From the IMG/VR virus record IMGVR_UViG_3300037462_000286, positions 1-25,819 of that record: a DNA stretch of 25,819 nt. The stretch is one strand, 5' to 3'. Below are positions 7,751-16,722 of the stretch, piece by piece; the first letter of the stretch is position 1, and every line of letters begins with the position of its first letter. The notes under the pieces were generated by a model, which was given only the letters and a program-made list of their open reading frames with translations, searched no databases and had not been told where the DNA came from. The DNA comes from a virus. Its lineage: Duplodnaviria > Caudoviricetes. Position numbers and translations under genes: made by a program.

Positions 7751-8441
7751 AAGCTCATTTTTGAAATGGGAAAGGCGCATGAGGGCATTACTAAAAGCCG
7801 AGTACAAAAAGGCAATTTCCGCCTACCCTTCGCAGGGCGGGGCGGTGGTAAATGGGCTTTTTTCTGACAATAGTTTGACTATTTACTTGACCGACCTATA
7901 CAGCGAAGTTGGGTTGAAATTCGGTCGCGATGCCTTTTTTGGCACGCAAAAAGCCGCACAAAAAGACCTGTTTGGCGATTTTGCGCTAGACCGCATTTTG
8001 CAATACATTAGGCAATTTGCCGGGGCTAAAATAAGCTCTATTTCTGGAACGGCTAGAGATGAAATGTTGGCCGAAATAGAGCGGGCGCAACAAGAAGGGG
8101 GCAGCCCATCGGACATAGCCAGGCGGGCACTAAAGGCCCTAACTGTGGCCAGCTTTTACCAAGCGGTTAGGATCGCTAGGACAGAGGTTATTGCAGCCGC
8201 GAATTTCGGGGCCTTGGAAGGCGCAAAAGCCGGGGGCGTGATGACCCGAAAGGCTTGGCAAGCGGCAAACCAGCGAAGGACGCGAGATGCCCACCGGGCC
8301 GCGAATGGCCAAATAGTTGGGATTAACGACAATTTTACGGTCATGGGCGAGGCCATGCGACACCCTGGAGACCCCAGGGGCAGCAGCAAAAATGTAATTA
8401 ATTGCAGGTGTGCAATGCTATTTTACGACGACGAAAATTAA
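7722..8441 (+). CDS. Head morphogenesis protein, Mu gpF / SPP1 gp7-like
   Basis: RIARTEV, KAW...RTRDAH...GQ, HPGDP...VINCRC. Confidence 0.9.
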   Translation: MKWATKLKPESSFLKWERRMRALLKAEYKKAISAYPSQGGAVVNGLFSDNSLTIYLTDLYSEVGLKFGRDAFFGTQKAAQKDLFGDFALDRILQYIRQFAGAKISSISGTARDEMLAEIERAQQEGGSPSDIARRALKALTVASFYQAVRIARTEVIAAANFGALEGAKAGGVMTRKAWQAANQRRTRDAHRAANGQIVGINDNFTVMGEAMRHPGDPRGSSKNVINCRCAMLFYDDEN

Positions 8442-8448
8442 TAACAAT

Positions 8449-9147
8449 ATGCAAAAAGAGCAGTATTTCAAAAACATAACAAAGGACTTGCAAAGCGTTA
8501 AGGACGTGGATGTTAAGTCCAAGATTGTAACGGGCTACCTATCTGTTTTTGGCGTTGAGGACAGCGACCGAGATACGATTATGCCCGGTGCCTACGCCCG
8601 CTCTATCCGCGAAAATGGGCCTGACGCAAAGGGCAGGATTAAATTTTTGCGAGAGCACGACCGCACAATGAACGCGGGCAAGTTTTTGATCCTAAAAGAG
8701 GATGAAAAGGGCCTGTATTTTGAGGCAAAATTGAACGAAACGCAGGTCGGCAAAGACCTTTCCATTTTGTACGAAAGCGGCGAGATTAACGAGCATTCTG
8801 TTATGTTTACGCTCGTGCCCGGGGGCTACTCTCTTAAAGATCAAGCCGACTGGGCCAAAGGTATGATTTTTACCGAAGTAAAATTGTGGGAGGGCAGCGC
8901 GGTAACTTGGGGGGCAAACGAATTTGCCACGCTTTCGGGAATTAAAAGCAAGTTTGAGGCGATTCAAAAACTATCAACTCTTTCGGATAAAACTTTGTCT
9001 ATTGTTTCTGAATTTATTATTAAATTAGCGGCTCAAAACAGCCCCGGCGGGTTGGAGACAACGCTAGCTCCAGTATCCGAACAGCAAAAAGCAAAGGAAT
9101 TAATTAACGAATTTAAAAACGCTTTTTATGGACGAACTGGGAGTTAA
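8449..9147 (+). CDS. Prohead maturation protease, HK97 family
   Basis: GYLSVFGVEDSDRDTIMPGAY, FLREHD, EDEKGLYFEA, HSVMF, LWEGSAVTWGAN. Confidence 0.92.
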   Translation: MQKEQYFKNITKDLQSVKDVDVKSKIVTGYLSVFGVEDSDRDTIMPGAYARSIRENGPDAKGRIKFLREHDRTMNAGKFLILKEDEKGLYFEAKLNETQVGKDLSILYESGEINEHSVMFTLVPGGYSLKDQADWAKGMIFTEVKLWEGSAVTWGANEFATLSGIKSKFEAIQKLSTLSDKTLSIVSEFIIKLAAQNSPGGLETTLAPVSEQQKAKELINEFKNAFYGRTGS

Positions 9148-10345
9148 ACAGGAACTTGCCGACCTGGGCAAGAAGATCGGCGATGCAGTAGCCGAACAGG
9201 GCGAGAAAGTCGCTAAAACCACAAGTGAGGTACAAAAACTTTGGGATGATTTCAAGAAGCTGGACACCCAGATGTCCGCCCGCGAAAAGGCCGCCGATGC
9301 GCGGATGAACGATTTGGAAAAGCTAATTTCTGCTGGTGGCGATCAACCCCCTAGCTTTTCGCAAAAGCTGCGAAAATCGCTCATGGCCGACGATTCGCCC
9401 ATCAATCTTTTTGCAAAAGCAGTAGCGGCAGGCAATCGCGGCGGCAAATTCCGCAAGGCGGTCGGCGATCTGGCCCTGACCAATTTTACCGGGGAAATGG
9501 GCACACGGCAAAGGATGCCCGGCGTAGTTGCAAGCCCCTATCGCGTACACGCGCGCGACATTTTGCCAAGCGCGCCAAGCACCGACCGCATTACCGAGGT
9601 TATTCGCCACACCGGGGGCGAAGGAGGCCCGGCCTACCACGCGGATGGAACGCTAAAGGCCCAAACCGATATGGATTTTACGCTGGTCGAGATTACGGCC
9701 AAGCGGATCGCCCACTTTGTGCGGTTGTCGGAAAGCTGGCTAAACGACTATTCCGCAATCGTTAGGTACGTCGAGACCAACCTCGTCGAGCAGCTTTTTA
9801 ACCTGCAAGATGTGGAAATATTAAACGGCCCCGGAACCGCGAACGCGATTAACGGGATAATCACCCAAGCGGCTACATTTACTAGTCCATTCGGGGCCAA
9901 CCCGGTATCGGCCGTGAACAATATCGATATCCTTGTTGCGGCGTTTGCCGACCTGTCCAGAAAAGGAATCAATCAAGGCGGGTTTACGCCCAGCGTAATT
10001 TTTCTAAACCCGATTGACGCATATTTGATGATGCTTCAAAAGGATTCGCAAGGCGGCTATGTCACTCCGAACTTGATCACACAGGACACTAAGTCAATTT
10101 TGGGCGTGTCAACCTTGGCGCACCAGGCTGTACCGCAAGGCACGTTTTGCGTTGGCGACCTTAATTATTGCCAACTGCAATTTCACGAGCCGCTTTCGGT
10201 GGAGGTATCCATGCACGACCGCGACAATTTTATCCGGAACATGATCACCATTCGCGCCGAAGAAAGCATCAAATTGATCGTAATGAACCCCGACGCTTTT
10301 GTAAAAGACACCTTCGCCGCCGCGCGCGGAAAGATCGATCAATGA
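9128..10345 (+). CDS. Major capsid protein, HK97 fold
   Basis: N-terminal coiled-coil delta-like region; KRIAHFVRLS, ILNGPG, LNPID, KDSQGGY, FIRNMITIRAEE. Confidence 0.93.
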   Translation: MDELGVKQELADLGKKIGDAVAEQGEKVAKTTSEVQKLWDDFKKLDTQMSAREKAADARMNDLEKLISAGGDQPPSFSQKLRKSLMADDSPINLFAKAVAAGNRGGKFRKAVGDLALTNFTGEMGTRQRMPGVVASPYRVHARDILPSAPSTDRITEVIRHTGGEGGPAYHADGTLKAQTDMDFTLVEITAKRIAHFVRLSESWLNDYSAIVRYVETNLVEQLFNLQDVEILNGPGTANAINGIITQAATFTSPFGANPVSAVNNIDILVAAFADLSRKGINQGGFTPSVIFLNPIDAYLMMLQKDSQGGYVTPNLITQDTKSILGVSTLAHQAVPQGTFCVGDLNYCQLQFHEPLSVEVSMHDRDNFIRNMITIRAEESIKLIVMNPDAFVKDTFAAARGKIDQ

Positions 10346-10605
10346 GCAGGTTTTTTGTGATCAAAGAAACGACCAATACCACCGGGGGCGCGCTTGTCCC
10401 CGGTGGCGTGGTGGAAGCGCAAGATGTTGACTATGTAGAGATTGAGCAAACCGCAACCGAGGTTTTTAGTACCCGGTTTTATGACGAAGAAAAGAAGGCG
10501 ACACTAATTGGCGGGCCACAGGCACAACAAATTGAGGCCAGCGAAATAGCGCAAGAAGAAGAAGAAATTGGCGGGCCTGTCAAAACGCGAAAAAAGAAGA
10601 AGTAA
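10342..10605 (+). CDS. Small hypothetical protein after the capsid gene
   Basis: ATGA overlap with the capsid stop; 87 aa, acidic with a basic tail KTRKKKK. Confidence 0.7.
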   Translation: MSRFFVIKETTNTTGGALVPGGVVEAQDVDYVEIEQTATEVFSTRFYDEEKKATLIGGPQAQQIEASEIAQEEEEIGGPVKTRKKKK

Positions 10606-11102
10606 TGCTAACTTTTTGGAGTGTGTTCAACGACGCCGCGTTTGCAAGGTTCTCGCTAGAATTTGGCGGCTTGGTTGGGGACATGCCCAGCCAAGCCACT
10701 ATTTCAAGCCTTGTCATTTTGGAGCGGGACAATCAAACTGGCATAGATTTAAAATTGGCCAAAAATTACTTAAAAGTAGATGGGGAGAGCGAAGATGATG
10801 TAATTGCAATGCTTCTAAATTCCGCACAAAAGGCAGTCGAGGAAGCTCACGGAATTAGCTTGGATGGGCGGATGTTGGAGGTAAGAATTAACAACGATGG
10901 TTTTTTCGCGCCCGAAATCCTGCCATATTTTGGGCAAATAACAAAAGTTGTTTCGGCCGTATGCCAATGGCCGGCCTCCATTGTAATTTACGAAATAGAA
11001 GGCAATAAGAACGACCGTTATGTAAGCGAGGTTTATGGGATGGCCCATGCAATGTACAACGAAAAAGACAAGTCTCGGCGTGGCAAAAAAATACACATTT
11101 AG
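10605..11102 (+). CDS. Head-tail connector (HK97 gp6-like)
   Basis: IDLKLAKNYLKVDGESEDDVIAMLLNSAQKAVEE is a typical gp6 N-terminal motif; start may be 10683. Confidence 0.85.
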   Translation: MLTFWSVFNDAAFARFSLEFGGLVGDMPSQATISSLVILERDNQTGIDLKLAKNYLKVDGESEDDVIAMLLNSAQKAVEEAHGISLDGRMLEVRINNDGFFAPEILPYFGQITKVVSAVCQWPASIVIYEIEGNKNDRYVSEVYGMAHAMYNEKDKSRRGKKIHI

Positions 11103-11397
11103 GGAGCAAATAGAGGTGTTGAGGCCGCAAGAAACCCGCGATGAATTTGGCGGCGTAACAATGCAATTTGCGGCAATGTATTCTGTTTGGGCGACCGTAG
11201 ATATGAAGCAAACCAAGCCAATGGATTTTGCCACTTACCAAGCCGCCCAGCACCTTGCAATAGTTTGCAAAAACTTCCCAGACCGGGCAATTTTTGAGGC
11301 CGACAAAATAAAATGGAGGTCAAAAACCTATCGCATTTTGAGTATGTCGGCAGATTATAACTACTATTATTTGACGTGCTATGAAGCTAAAGATTAA
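11080..11397 (+). CDS. Head closure / head-tail adaptor (SPP1 gp16-like)
   Basis: FREQIEV..P..TRDEFGG....VWA...KIKW..KTYRILS; GTG start inferred. Confidence 0.8.
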   Translation: MAKKYTFREQIEVLRPQETRDEFGGVTMQFAAMYSVWATVDMKQTKPMDFATYQAAQHLAIVCKNFPDRAIFEADKIKWRSKTYRILSMSADYNYYYLTCYEAKD

Positions 11398-11725
11398 TGT
11401 AATTTCGCACATTAAGGAGCGGGCCGACAAATGGGTGGATTTGCCCGCCGTTACAAGGGTGCTGGAACACTACGCCAACAAGGTCAGGAACGGCACAATT
11501 AAGAACATTCGCGGGCACGATCTAATTGATACGGGCAATATGATAAATAGCATCCAGATCGACCGCCCCAACCCCTGGAGCAGGGAAATTGGCAACACCC
11601 CGGCGGGCTACTACGCAATTTTCCACGAAATGGGCACCAGATACTTGCCCGCAAGGCCATTTTTAGGCCCGGCGGCTGACGCAATTAAGCAGGATTTTTA
11701 CAAAGAAATTAGCAAAGTGATATGA
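11381..11725 (+). CDS. HK97 gp10-like tail completion protein
   Basis: DTGNMINSI, YAIFHEMGTRYLPARPFLGPA. Confidence 0.9.
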   Translation: MKLKINVISHIKERADKWVDLPAVTRVLEHYANKVRNGTIKNIRGHDLIDTGNMINSIQIDRPNPWSREIGNTPAGYYAIFHEMGTRYLPARPFLGPAADAIKQDFYKEISKVI

Positions 11726-12129
11726 CCCCCGAGGCAATTATACAAAAGGCTTATGCCGAGTTGATGAAGGACGAGGCTTTGCCGTTTTTTGACATTATGC
11801 CCTCCCGCGAGCAATTGCCGATTGTTTTGCTTAGGAGCGTGCAAACCACCTACCAGGGGCGTAAAGGGGCCGAATGTATCACGGAATTTAGTATTATTTT
11901 CCCTGGGACTTCCAAAAAAGAACTATATTCGCTCGCTGAAAATGTATTGAAAATAATCGGCAAGGTAGTTGATTACCAAAGGCATTTTGGCCTTGAAAAC
12001 CACAAGGTTTTGACGACAATGGCAACGAACTACGCCAATTCGGATCGGCCTAATTCATCGCCCGAAATATGGCAGATGTACAACATCCAAACCCGTATTA
12101 CTTTAACTAATTGTAGAAATGTGGATTAG
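11722..12129 (+). CDS. Putative tail terminator
   Basis: Position after gp10, 135 aa, PEAIIQKA...FFDIMP....P.V pattern. Confidence 0.65.
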   Translation: MTPEAIIQKAYAELMKDEALPFFDIMPSREQLPIVLLRSVQTTYQGRKGAECITEFSIIFPGTSKKELYSLAENVLKIIGKVVDYQRHFGLENHKVLTTMATNYANSDRPNSSPEIWQMYNIQTRITLTNCRNVD

Positions 12130-12568
12130 GCAGCAAAATGAAGCGTTGGCATCTGATGTGGCCCAGCGCGTTGACATTGTAACCAGGCGGGCCGAAACCG
12201 CAAATTTTCGGCTAAAGTTGTACGATCCCTCCACCACGCCCGGCGACTTCGATCTAAGCGGGTATAATGTACTTATGTCGATCAGGGCGCGCGAAACCGT
12301 GCTGGCTTCTTTGCTTGTTGCGGGGGGGGCATCGGGCGAGATAGAATTTCGTTTTGACACGGCACAAATGGACTTCAACCCCGGGTCGTACAGCTACACG
12401 ATTACCGCAAGCGAGGGCACAGACTACGTAAAAACGTGGCTACAAGGCACCTTAAGTCATGTTGGATTTGGCAATGTAAATTCCTATCCAAACGACCTAA
12501 TAAACAAGGCCACCCGCACCGTTCGCGTGAAAGATAAAGACATCCAATTTACAATTTTAAACGCTTAA
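12119..12568 (+). CDS. Putative virion structural/adaptor protein (BppU-N-like beta sandwich)
   Basis: FRLKLYD...FDLSGYNVLMSIR...GEIEFRF.......PGSYSYTI...VKTWLQG resembles phage fibre-attachment domains. Confidence 0.5.
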   Translation: MWIRQQNEALASDVAQRVDIVTRRAETANFRLKLYDPSTTPGDFDLSGYNVLMSIRARETVLASLLVAGGASGEIEFRFDTAQMDFNPGSYSYTITASEGTDYVKTWLQGTLSHVGFGNVNSYPNDLINKATRTVRVKDKDIQFTILNA

Positions 12569-12572
12569 AAAT

Positions 12573-13040
12573 ATGGCATCTGTTGTAGGCTCGCACAATG
12601 GCGACTTATACAATTTAGAGTTATCGCACGCTGGCCCGCCCCCAGTCGCCGGGCTGGTGTTGTGCGTAACCGACCTGGGCACAACCTTTCAGCGCGACAC
12701 CTCGGAGGTGCAGGCGTGCCGGGGCGACGTGGTAGCGTCCGGCGGATGGAAGACGCACATTTTGGGCGACAAATCCGCCGAAATTTCGGCCGAAGGCCAC
12801 ATACGGATGGGCAATACCTGGAACTCGCACACGCTTTTTGTCGCACTGGACACCGACCAGATAATGGATTTTGAAATCTACCCAATCGACTCGACTGGCG
12901 CGCAAATAGTTGGCGGGCAGATTACCACGGGGCAATGCTTTATTTCAAATCTCGAACTTACTTTTCCTAACGACGACATTGCGGTGTACTCGTTAACCTT
13001 AATGGTTCAGGGCAAGCCGAGTTCTGCGCTAATTGTGTAA
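12573..13040 (+). CDS. Major tail tube protein (siphovirus)
   Basis: GWKTHILGDKSAEISAEG...TGQCFISNLELTFPNDDIAVYSLTLMVQG, TP901-1/lambda V-like pattern; followed by a terminator. Confidence 0.88.
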   Translation: MASVVGSHNGDLYNLELSHAGPPPVAGLVLCVTDLGTTFQRDTSEVQACRGDVVASGGWKTHILGDKSAEISAEGHIRMGNTWNSHTLFVALDTDQIMDFEIYPIDSTGAQIVGGQITTGQCFISNLELTFPNDDIAVYSLTLMVQGKPSSALIV

Positions 13041-13072
13041 TTTGTTGTTTGTTTGCAGTTTTTTGGTGTTTC

Positions 13073-13101
13073 AAAAAAGGCGGCTTTTGGCTGCCTTTTT
13101 T
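13073..13101 (+). terminator. Intrinsic terminator after the tail tube gene (possibly bidirectional)
   Basis: AAAAAAGGCGGC-TTTTG-GCTGCCTTTTTT. Confidence 0.85.
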
Positions 13102-13146
13102 ATTATATTTGCGTTGACCATTTTAATATAAAAATCACCAAAAAAC

Positions 13147-13485
13147 ATGGAAGCATCCGTTAACCACAAAGGCAAAGAGGTTAAATTTCACTTTTCAAAC
13201 GTGGCATTGATTCGCGCCCTGAAAAGAGAGGGGCTGACAATGACCCAAATCGGAGACACCAGCGACGGGGGCGGAAAAATGCTTGGCTTTCTGTATGCAT
13301 ATATCGAGGTTTGCTTGGGCCGCGTAGGTATTGTGGAAAGCGAAATAACCCAAATCATGGACACAATGGGGGTTGAAAAAGAAGCGGAATTGGTGGGGCT
13401 TGCAATCAAAAGCATCCAAGATGTTGGATCGGTTTTTTCAAAGGCCGTAGGGGCTACGGAAGTAGTCCAAGAAGCGGCCCAATAA
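13147..13485 (+). CDS. Tail assembly chaperone (gpG-like)
   Basis: 112 aa, between the tail tube and tape measure genes. Confidence 0.75.
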   Translation: MEASVNHKGKEVKFHFSNVALIRALKREGLTMTQIGDTSDGGGKMLGFLYAYIEVCLGRVGIVESEITQIMDTMGVEKEAELVGLAIKSIQDVGSVFSKAVGATEVVQEAAQ

Positions 13486-13559
13486 TTCAAAAGACCACGG
13501 CCCAAATAAATGATGAATTTGAGCAGGATTTTGAAGCCTGGTGCATTGGCTATTTAGGG

Positions 13560-13811
13560 ATGTCCCGGCAAGAAATGGAAACAATATCTTTTCGGGACTT
13601 TACATTAAAGCGCGGGGCGTACCAATTTAACGAGGCAAAAGAATGGGAAAAGGTAAGGTTTTTGGCGTACATAGAAATAAACTGCCAAATCCCAAAAGGT
13701 AAACCAGGCGTGAAACTGGAGAAGATAATGAAGCTCCCAACCGATGAAATAGCCCCCAACAAAAACACCGAAGCCCTAAAATCGCTGACAAATTTTATCC
13801 AAAATGGCTGA
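13560..13811 (+). CDS. Tail assembly chaperone C-terminal part (gpT-like)
   Basis: LGMSRQEMETISFRDF...EWEKVRFLAY; its frame is -1 relative to gpG and open from 13377. Confidence 0.7.
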   Translation: MSRQEMETISFRDFTLKRGAYQFNEAKEWEKVRFLAYIEINCQIPKGKPGVKLEKIMKLPTDEIAPNKNTEALKSLTNFIQNG

Positions 13812-16722
13812 TACCAAAAACAGGATCGTTGTAATACTCGAGGCTAAAATTGCAGAAATGCAAAAGAGGCTGGCCGAGGCTTCCAAGTCGTTGGAGGCAA
13901 CCGGAAAGCGGATGCAGGATATCGGTTCCGGCCTTTCGGTTGGTGTTACATTGCCAGTGGCCGCAATGGGCGCGTCGATCCTTAAAAACGCAGGGGATTT
14001 TGAGGCAAGCATGAACGAGATTAGGGCAATTACAAATGTAACGGCCAAAGACCTCGAGATACTTCGCCAAAAAAACCTTCAATTGGGGGCCAGTACGCAG
14101 TTTAGCGCGCAGGAATCAGCAAATGCAATGTCTAACCTAATTAAAAACGGGTTGACGGTCGGGCAAGTGATGGGCGGCGCGCTGGATTCCACGCTAAAAT
14201 TAGCCTCGGCGACAGGCACGAATTTAGAAAATGCAGCAAACATTGCCAGCGATGCCCTGGGCCAATTTAGCCTAAAAGCATCCGATCTGGGCAAGGTGGT
14301 TGATCAGCTTTCGGGCCTTACAATAGCATCTAAATTTGGGATTGACGATGTCCGCCTCGCGTTGGCCCAGGCCGGGGGCGTGGCTGGTGCCGTGGGCGTT
14401 TCCTTTACAGATTTCGCCACCTCCATAGCCGCTACATCCAGCGCGTTTGCGAGCGGGGCGGACGCTGGCACATCGTTCAAAACATTCCTTACCGCGCTTA
14501 ATCCGAAAAGCAAGGAAGCGGCCGCAACCATGAAGCAATTGGGCCTTAATTTCTTTTCGGCCACGGGCGAAATGTTGCCGATGCGAGACATTGCAGAGCA
14601 ATTGCAACGGTCGTTTTCCGGGCTATCCGAAAAGCAAAAATTACAAGCGGCCGAAACGCTTTTTGGGGCAGATGCGATGCGAACCGGCCTGATGTTTGCC
14701 AAGGCCGGGGCAAAAGGATTTGACGAGTACGCCGCGAGCATCGATAAGGTTTCGGCCACCGACCAGGCCGCAATTAGGATGCAAGGTTTAAACGGCGCAA
14801 TAGCTACATTAAGCAGCAGCTTTGAGGCGTTGCAATTGTCTATTGCAAGTAGCGGGCTTTTGGAATTTGCTACAAATTTGGCAAATAGCGCGGCGAATGT
14901 ATTGCAAAAGCTGTCCACCCTCAATCCCGAATTGTTGCGAATAGGGACAATTATTGCGGGAGTTGCCGCAGCCGCCGGGCCTTTGCTTTTCGCTTTTGGT
15001 AAAATGGTGAGCATTGGCGGCGCGGTTGCCGGGGCAATATCAACCGGGGCCGTGGCCTTTATGAGCATGGCTAAAGCCGTTATTTTATTAAGCGCGAAGT
15101 TTATAATTATCGGGGCCATAATTGCCGCTGCTATTGCGGTAATTGTTGGTATTGGAATTGCCATAAAATCCGCTTACGACACATTCGAGGATTTTAGAAA
15201 AGTAGTAGATTTTGTTGGCCAAACGATCGCCAAGGTTTTTGAAACCGCGAAAAACTGGTTTATCTCCTTTCACAACACAGTTGCTAGTGTAATTAAAAGC
15301 GTAATCGAGTGGCACATTAAGGCGGCGAAGGCGATCGGCCTTATCGGCGAAGCCACTGGCCAATCCTCCGACAAGGTTGTTAAAGAGGCGGCAAAAATGG
15401 AAGCGGCCTTGGAAAAATCTAACGGCGAGGAATTTGCCAACAACCTTAAAAAGAATTTTGACGGGGTTGTTACTTTTATAACCAACGGGGCTGCGGCCGT
15501 GAAGAAAAAAATATCTGAAATGCTATTTGTGCCCCAACAAGATTTGGGCCAGATAAGCGATTCCCGGGGCGGGGCATCACCAGCCGCCGGGCCAGCCGCC
15601 GGGCCAGCCGAAAACCTTGCGGCCGCTACTGCAAAAGCCGCCGTGGAGGCCGACAAGGTAAAAGAGATTTTTGCCAAGATTGATGCCGAACTCGCTGGTA
15701 TTCAAGCCCGAAAGTTATTGTTTCCCGACTTTGACGACCAGACGGCAAAGGCAAATGCCTTGCGGTCTGGCCTTGAAAGTCTGGCAGACGCAGGGGTTGC
15801 AAAAAGCGATGAGGCATTAAAAAAATACCTGACTACCTGGCAGGAAACGGACGGCGCAATTAAGAAGGCCGCCCTTGACCAAAAAATAAACAAAACCTTT
15901 GCTGACGCACAAGCCGGGGTAGCCTTGGCAGATGCTAAATTCAAAGAATTTGGCGGAACAATGCAGTCGCTGGCCGAAGAAAAAATTGGCATTGTCAAAC
16001 AGGCCATGACCACTCTTTTGGCCGAGGGCGTGGCCCCGACCGATGATCGGTTTGTAAAAATGAGGGAGACGCTCGCGCTACTGAACGAGCAGATGGCGGC
16101 CGTGCCAGTCAAGACCGAGATGGTAAAAAGCGCGATGCAAACCCTTATCGCAGACGTTCAAAAAGGAGAATTTTCTTTCCAAAACCTAGGGTTGGCCATT
16201 GCCCGATCAATGACGCAGCTTGGCCAGGAAGTCGCCCAGGGCGGGAAGGATTTGCGGGGCTTCGCCCAGTCGGCGGCCCAATCGATTAAGAGGGTAATTA
16301 GTGGCTTAATTGCCCAGGGCGTGGCGGCTGTCGTTTCTAAAACGCTGATTTCCACAGGCATAGGCGGCCCGGCTGCTGTTGCTTTGGCGGGCATTGCCGG
16401 GGCATTGGCGGCCTCTCTGTTCAATAGCATTATCCCGAAATTCGCCGCCGGGGGCATTGTCAGCGGCCCAACCTTAGGCCTGATGGGCGAGTACCCAGGC
16501 GCGCGGAGCAACCCCGAGGTTATTGCCCCGCTGTCAAAATTGCAATCAATGCTAGATTTGGGCGGGGAACGGGGCATGGATAGCGGGCCAATTGTCGAGG
16601 CTATTCGGAACAACCCGCCAACCGTGGTAAACATCGATAAAGATGCGTTTACTGCCACAATAGAGCGCGGTTTGCAGCGGACACAAATCATAAACCGTCG
16701 GTTTAGCTGGTCAAGCAAATGA
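13804..16722 (+). CDS. Tape measure protein (TP901 family core)
   Basis: 972 aa, Ala/Gly-rich; GVTLPVAAMG, FEASMNEI, TQFSAQESANAM, AGTSFK; C-terminal FAAGGIVSGPT...GEYPGARSNPEVIAPL. Confidence 0.95.
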   Translation: MADTKNRIVVILEAKIAEMQKRLAEASKSLEATGKRMQDIGSGLSVGVTLPVAAMGASILKNAGDFEASMNEIRAITNVTAKDLEILRQKNLQLGASTQFSAQESANAMSNLIKNGLTVGQVMGGALDSTLKLASATGTNLENAANIASDALGQFSLKASDLGKVVDQLSGLTIASKFGIDDVRLALAQAGGVAGAVGVSFTDFATSIAATSSAFASGADAGTSFKTFLTALNPKSKEAAATMKQLGLNFFSATGEMLPMRDIAEQLQRSFSGLSEKQKLQAAETLFGADAMRTGLMFAKAGAKGFDEYAASIDKVSATDQAAIRMQGLNGAIATLSSSFEALQLSIASSGLLEFATNLANSAANVLQKLSTLNPELLRIGTIIAGVAAAAGPLLFAFGKMVSIGGAVAGAISTGAVAFMSMAKAVILLSAKFIIIGAIIAAAIAVIVGIGIAIKSAYDTFEDFRKVVDFVGQTIAKVFETAKNWFISFHNTVASVIKSVIEWHIKAAKAIGLIGEATGQSSDKVVKEAAKMEAALEKSNGEEFANNLKKNFDGVVTFITNGAAAVKKKISEMLFVPQQDLGQISDSRGGASPAAGPAAGPAENLAAATAKAAVEADKVKEIFAKIDAELAGIQARKLLFPDFDDQTAKANALRSGLESLADAGVAKSDEALKKYLTTWQETDGAIKKAALDQKINKTFADAQAGVALADAKFKEFGGTMQSLAEEKIGIVKQAMTTLLAEGVAPTDDRFVKMRETLALLNEQMAAVPVKTEMVKSAMQTLIADVQKGEFSFQNLGLAIARSMTQLGQEVAQGGKDLRGFAQSAAQSIKRVISGLIAQGVAAVVSKTLISTGIGGPAAVALAGIAGALAASLFNSIIPKFAAGGIVSGPTLGLMGEYPGARSNPEVIAPLSKLQSMLDLGGERGMDSGPIVEAIRNNPPTVVNIDKDAFTATIERGLQRTQIINRRFSWSSK
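15580..15610 (+). repeat. 12-bp tandem repeat (CCAGCCGCCGGG, about 2.6 copies) in the tape measure gene
   Basis: Exact nucleotide copies encoding PAAG PAAG PA. Confidence 0.85.

Noticed and set aside
13782-13795. 14-bp match TCGCTGACAAATTT to the window end (25806-25819), plus an 11-bp copy near 25770
   Set aside because: A 14-mer match somewhere in 26 kb is expected by chance, and the copies lie in coding sequence, so this is not good evidence for att sites or terminal repeats
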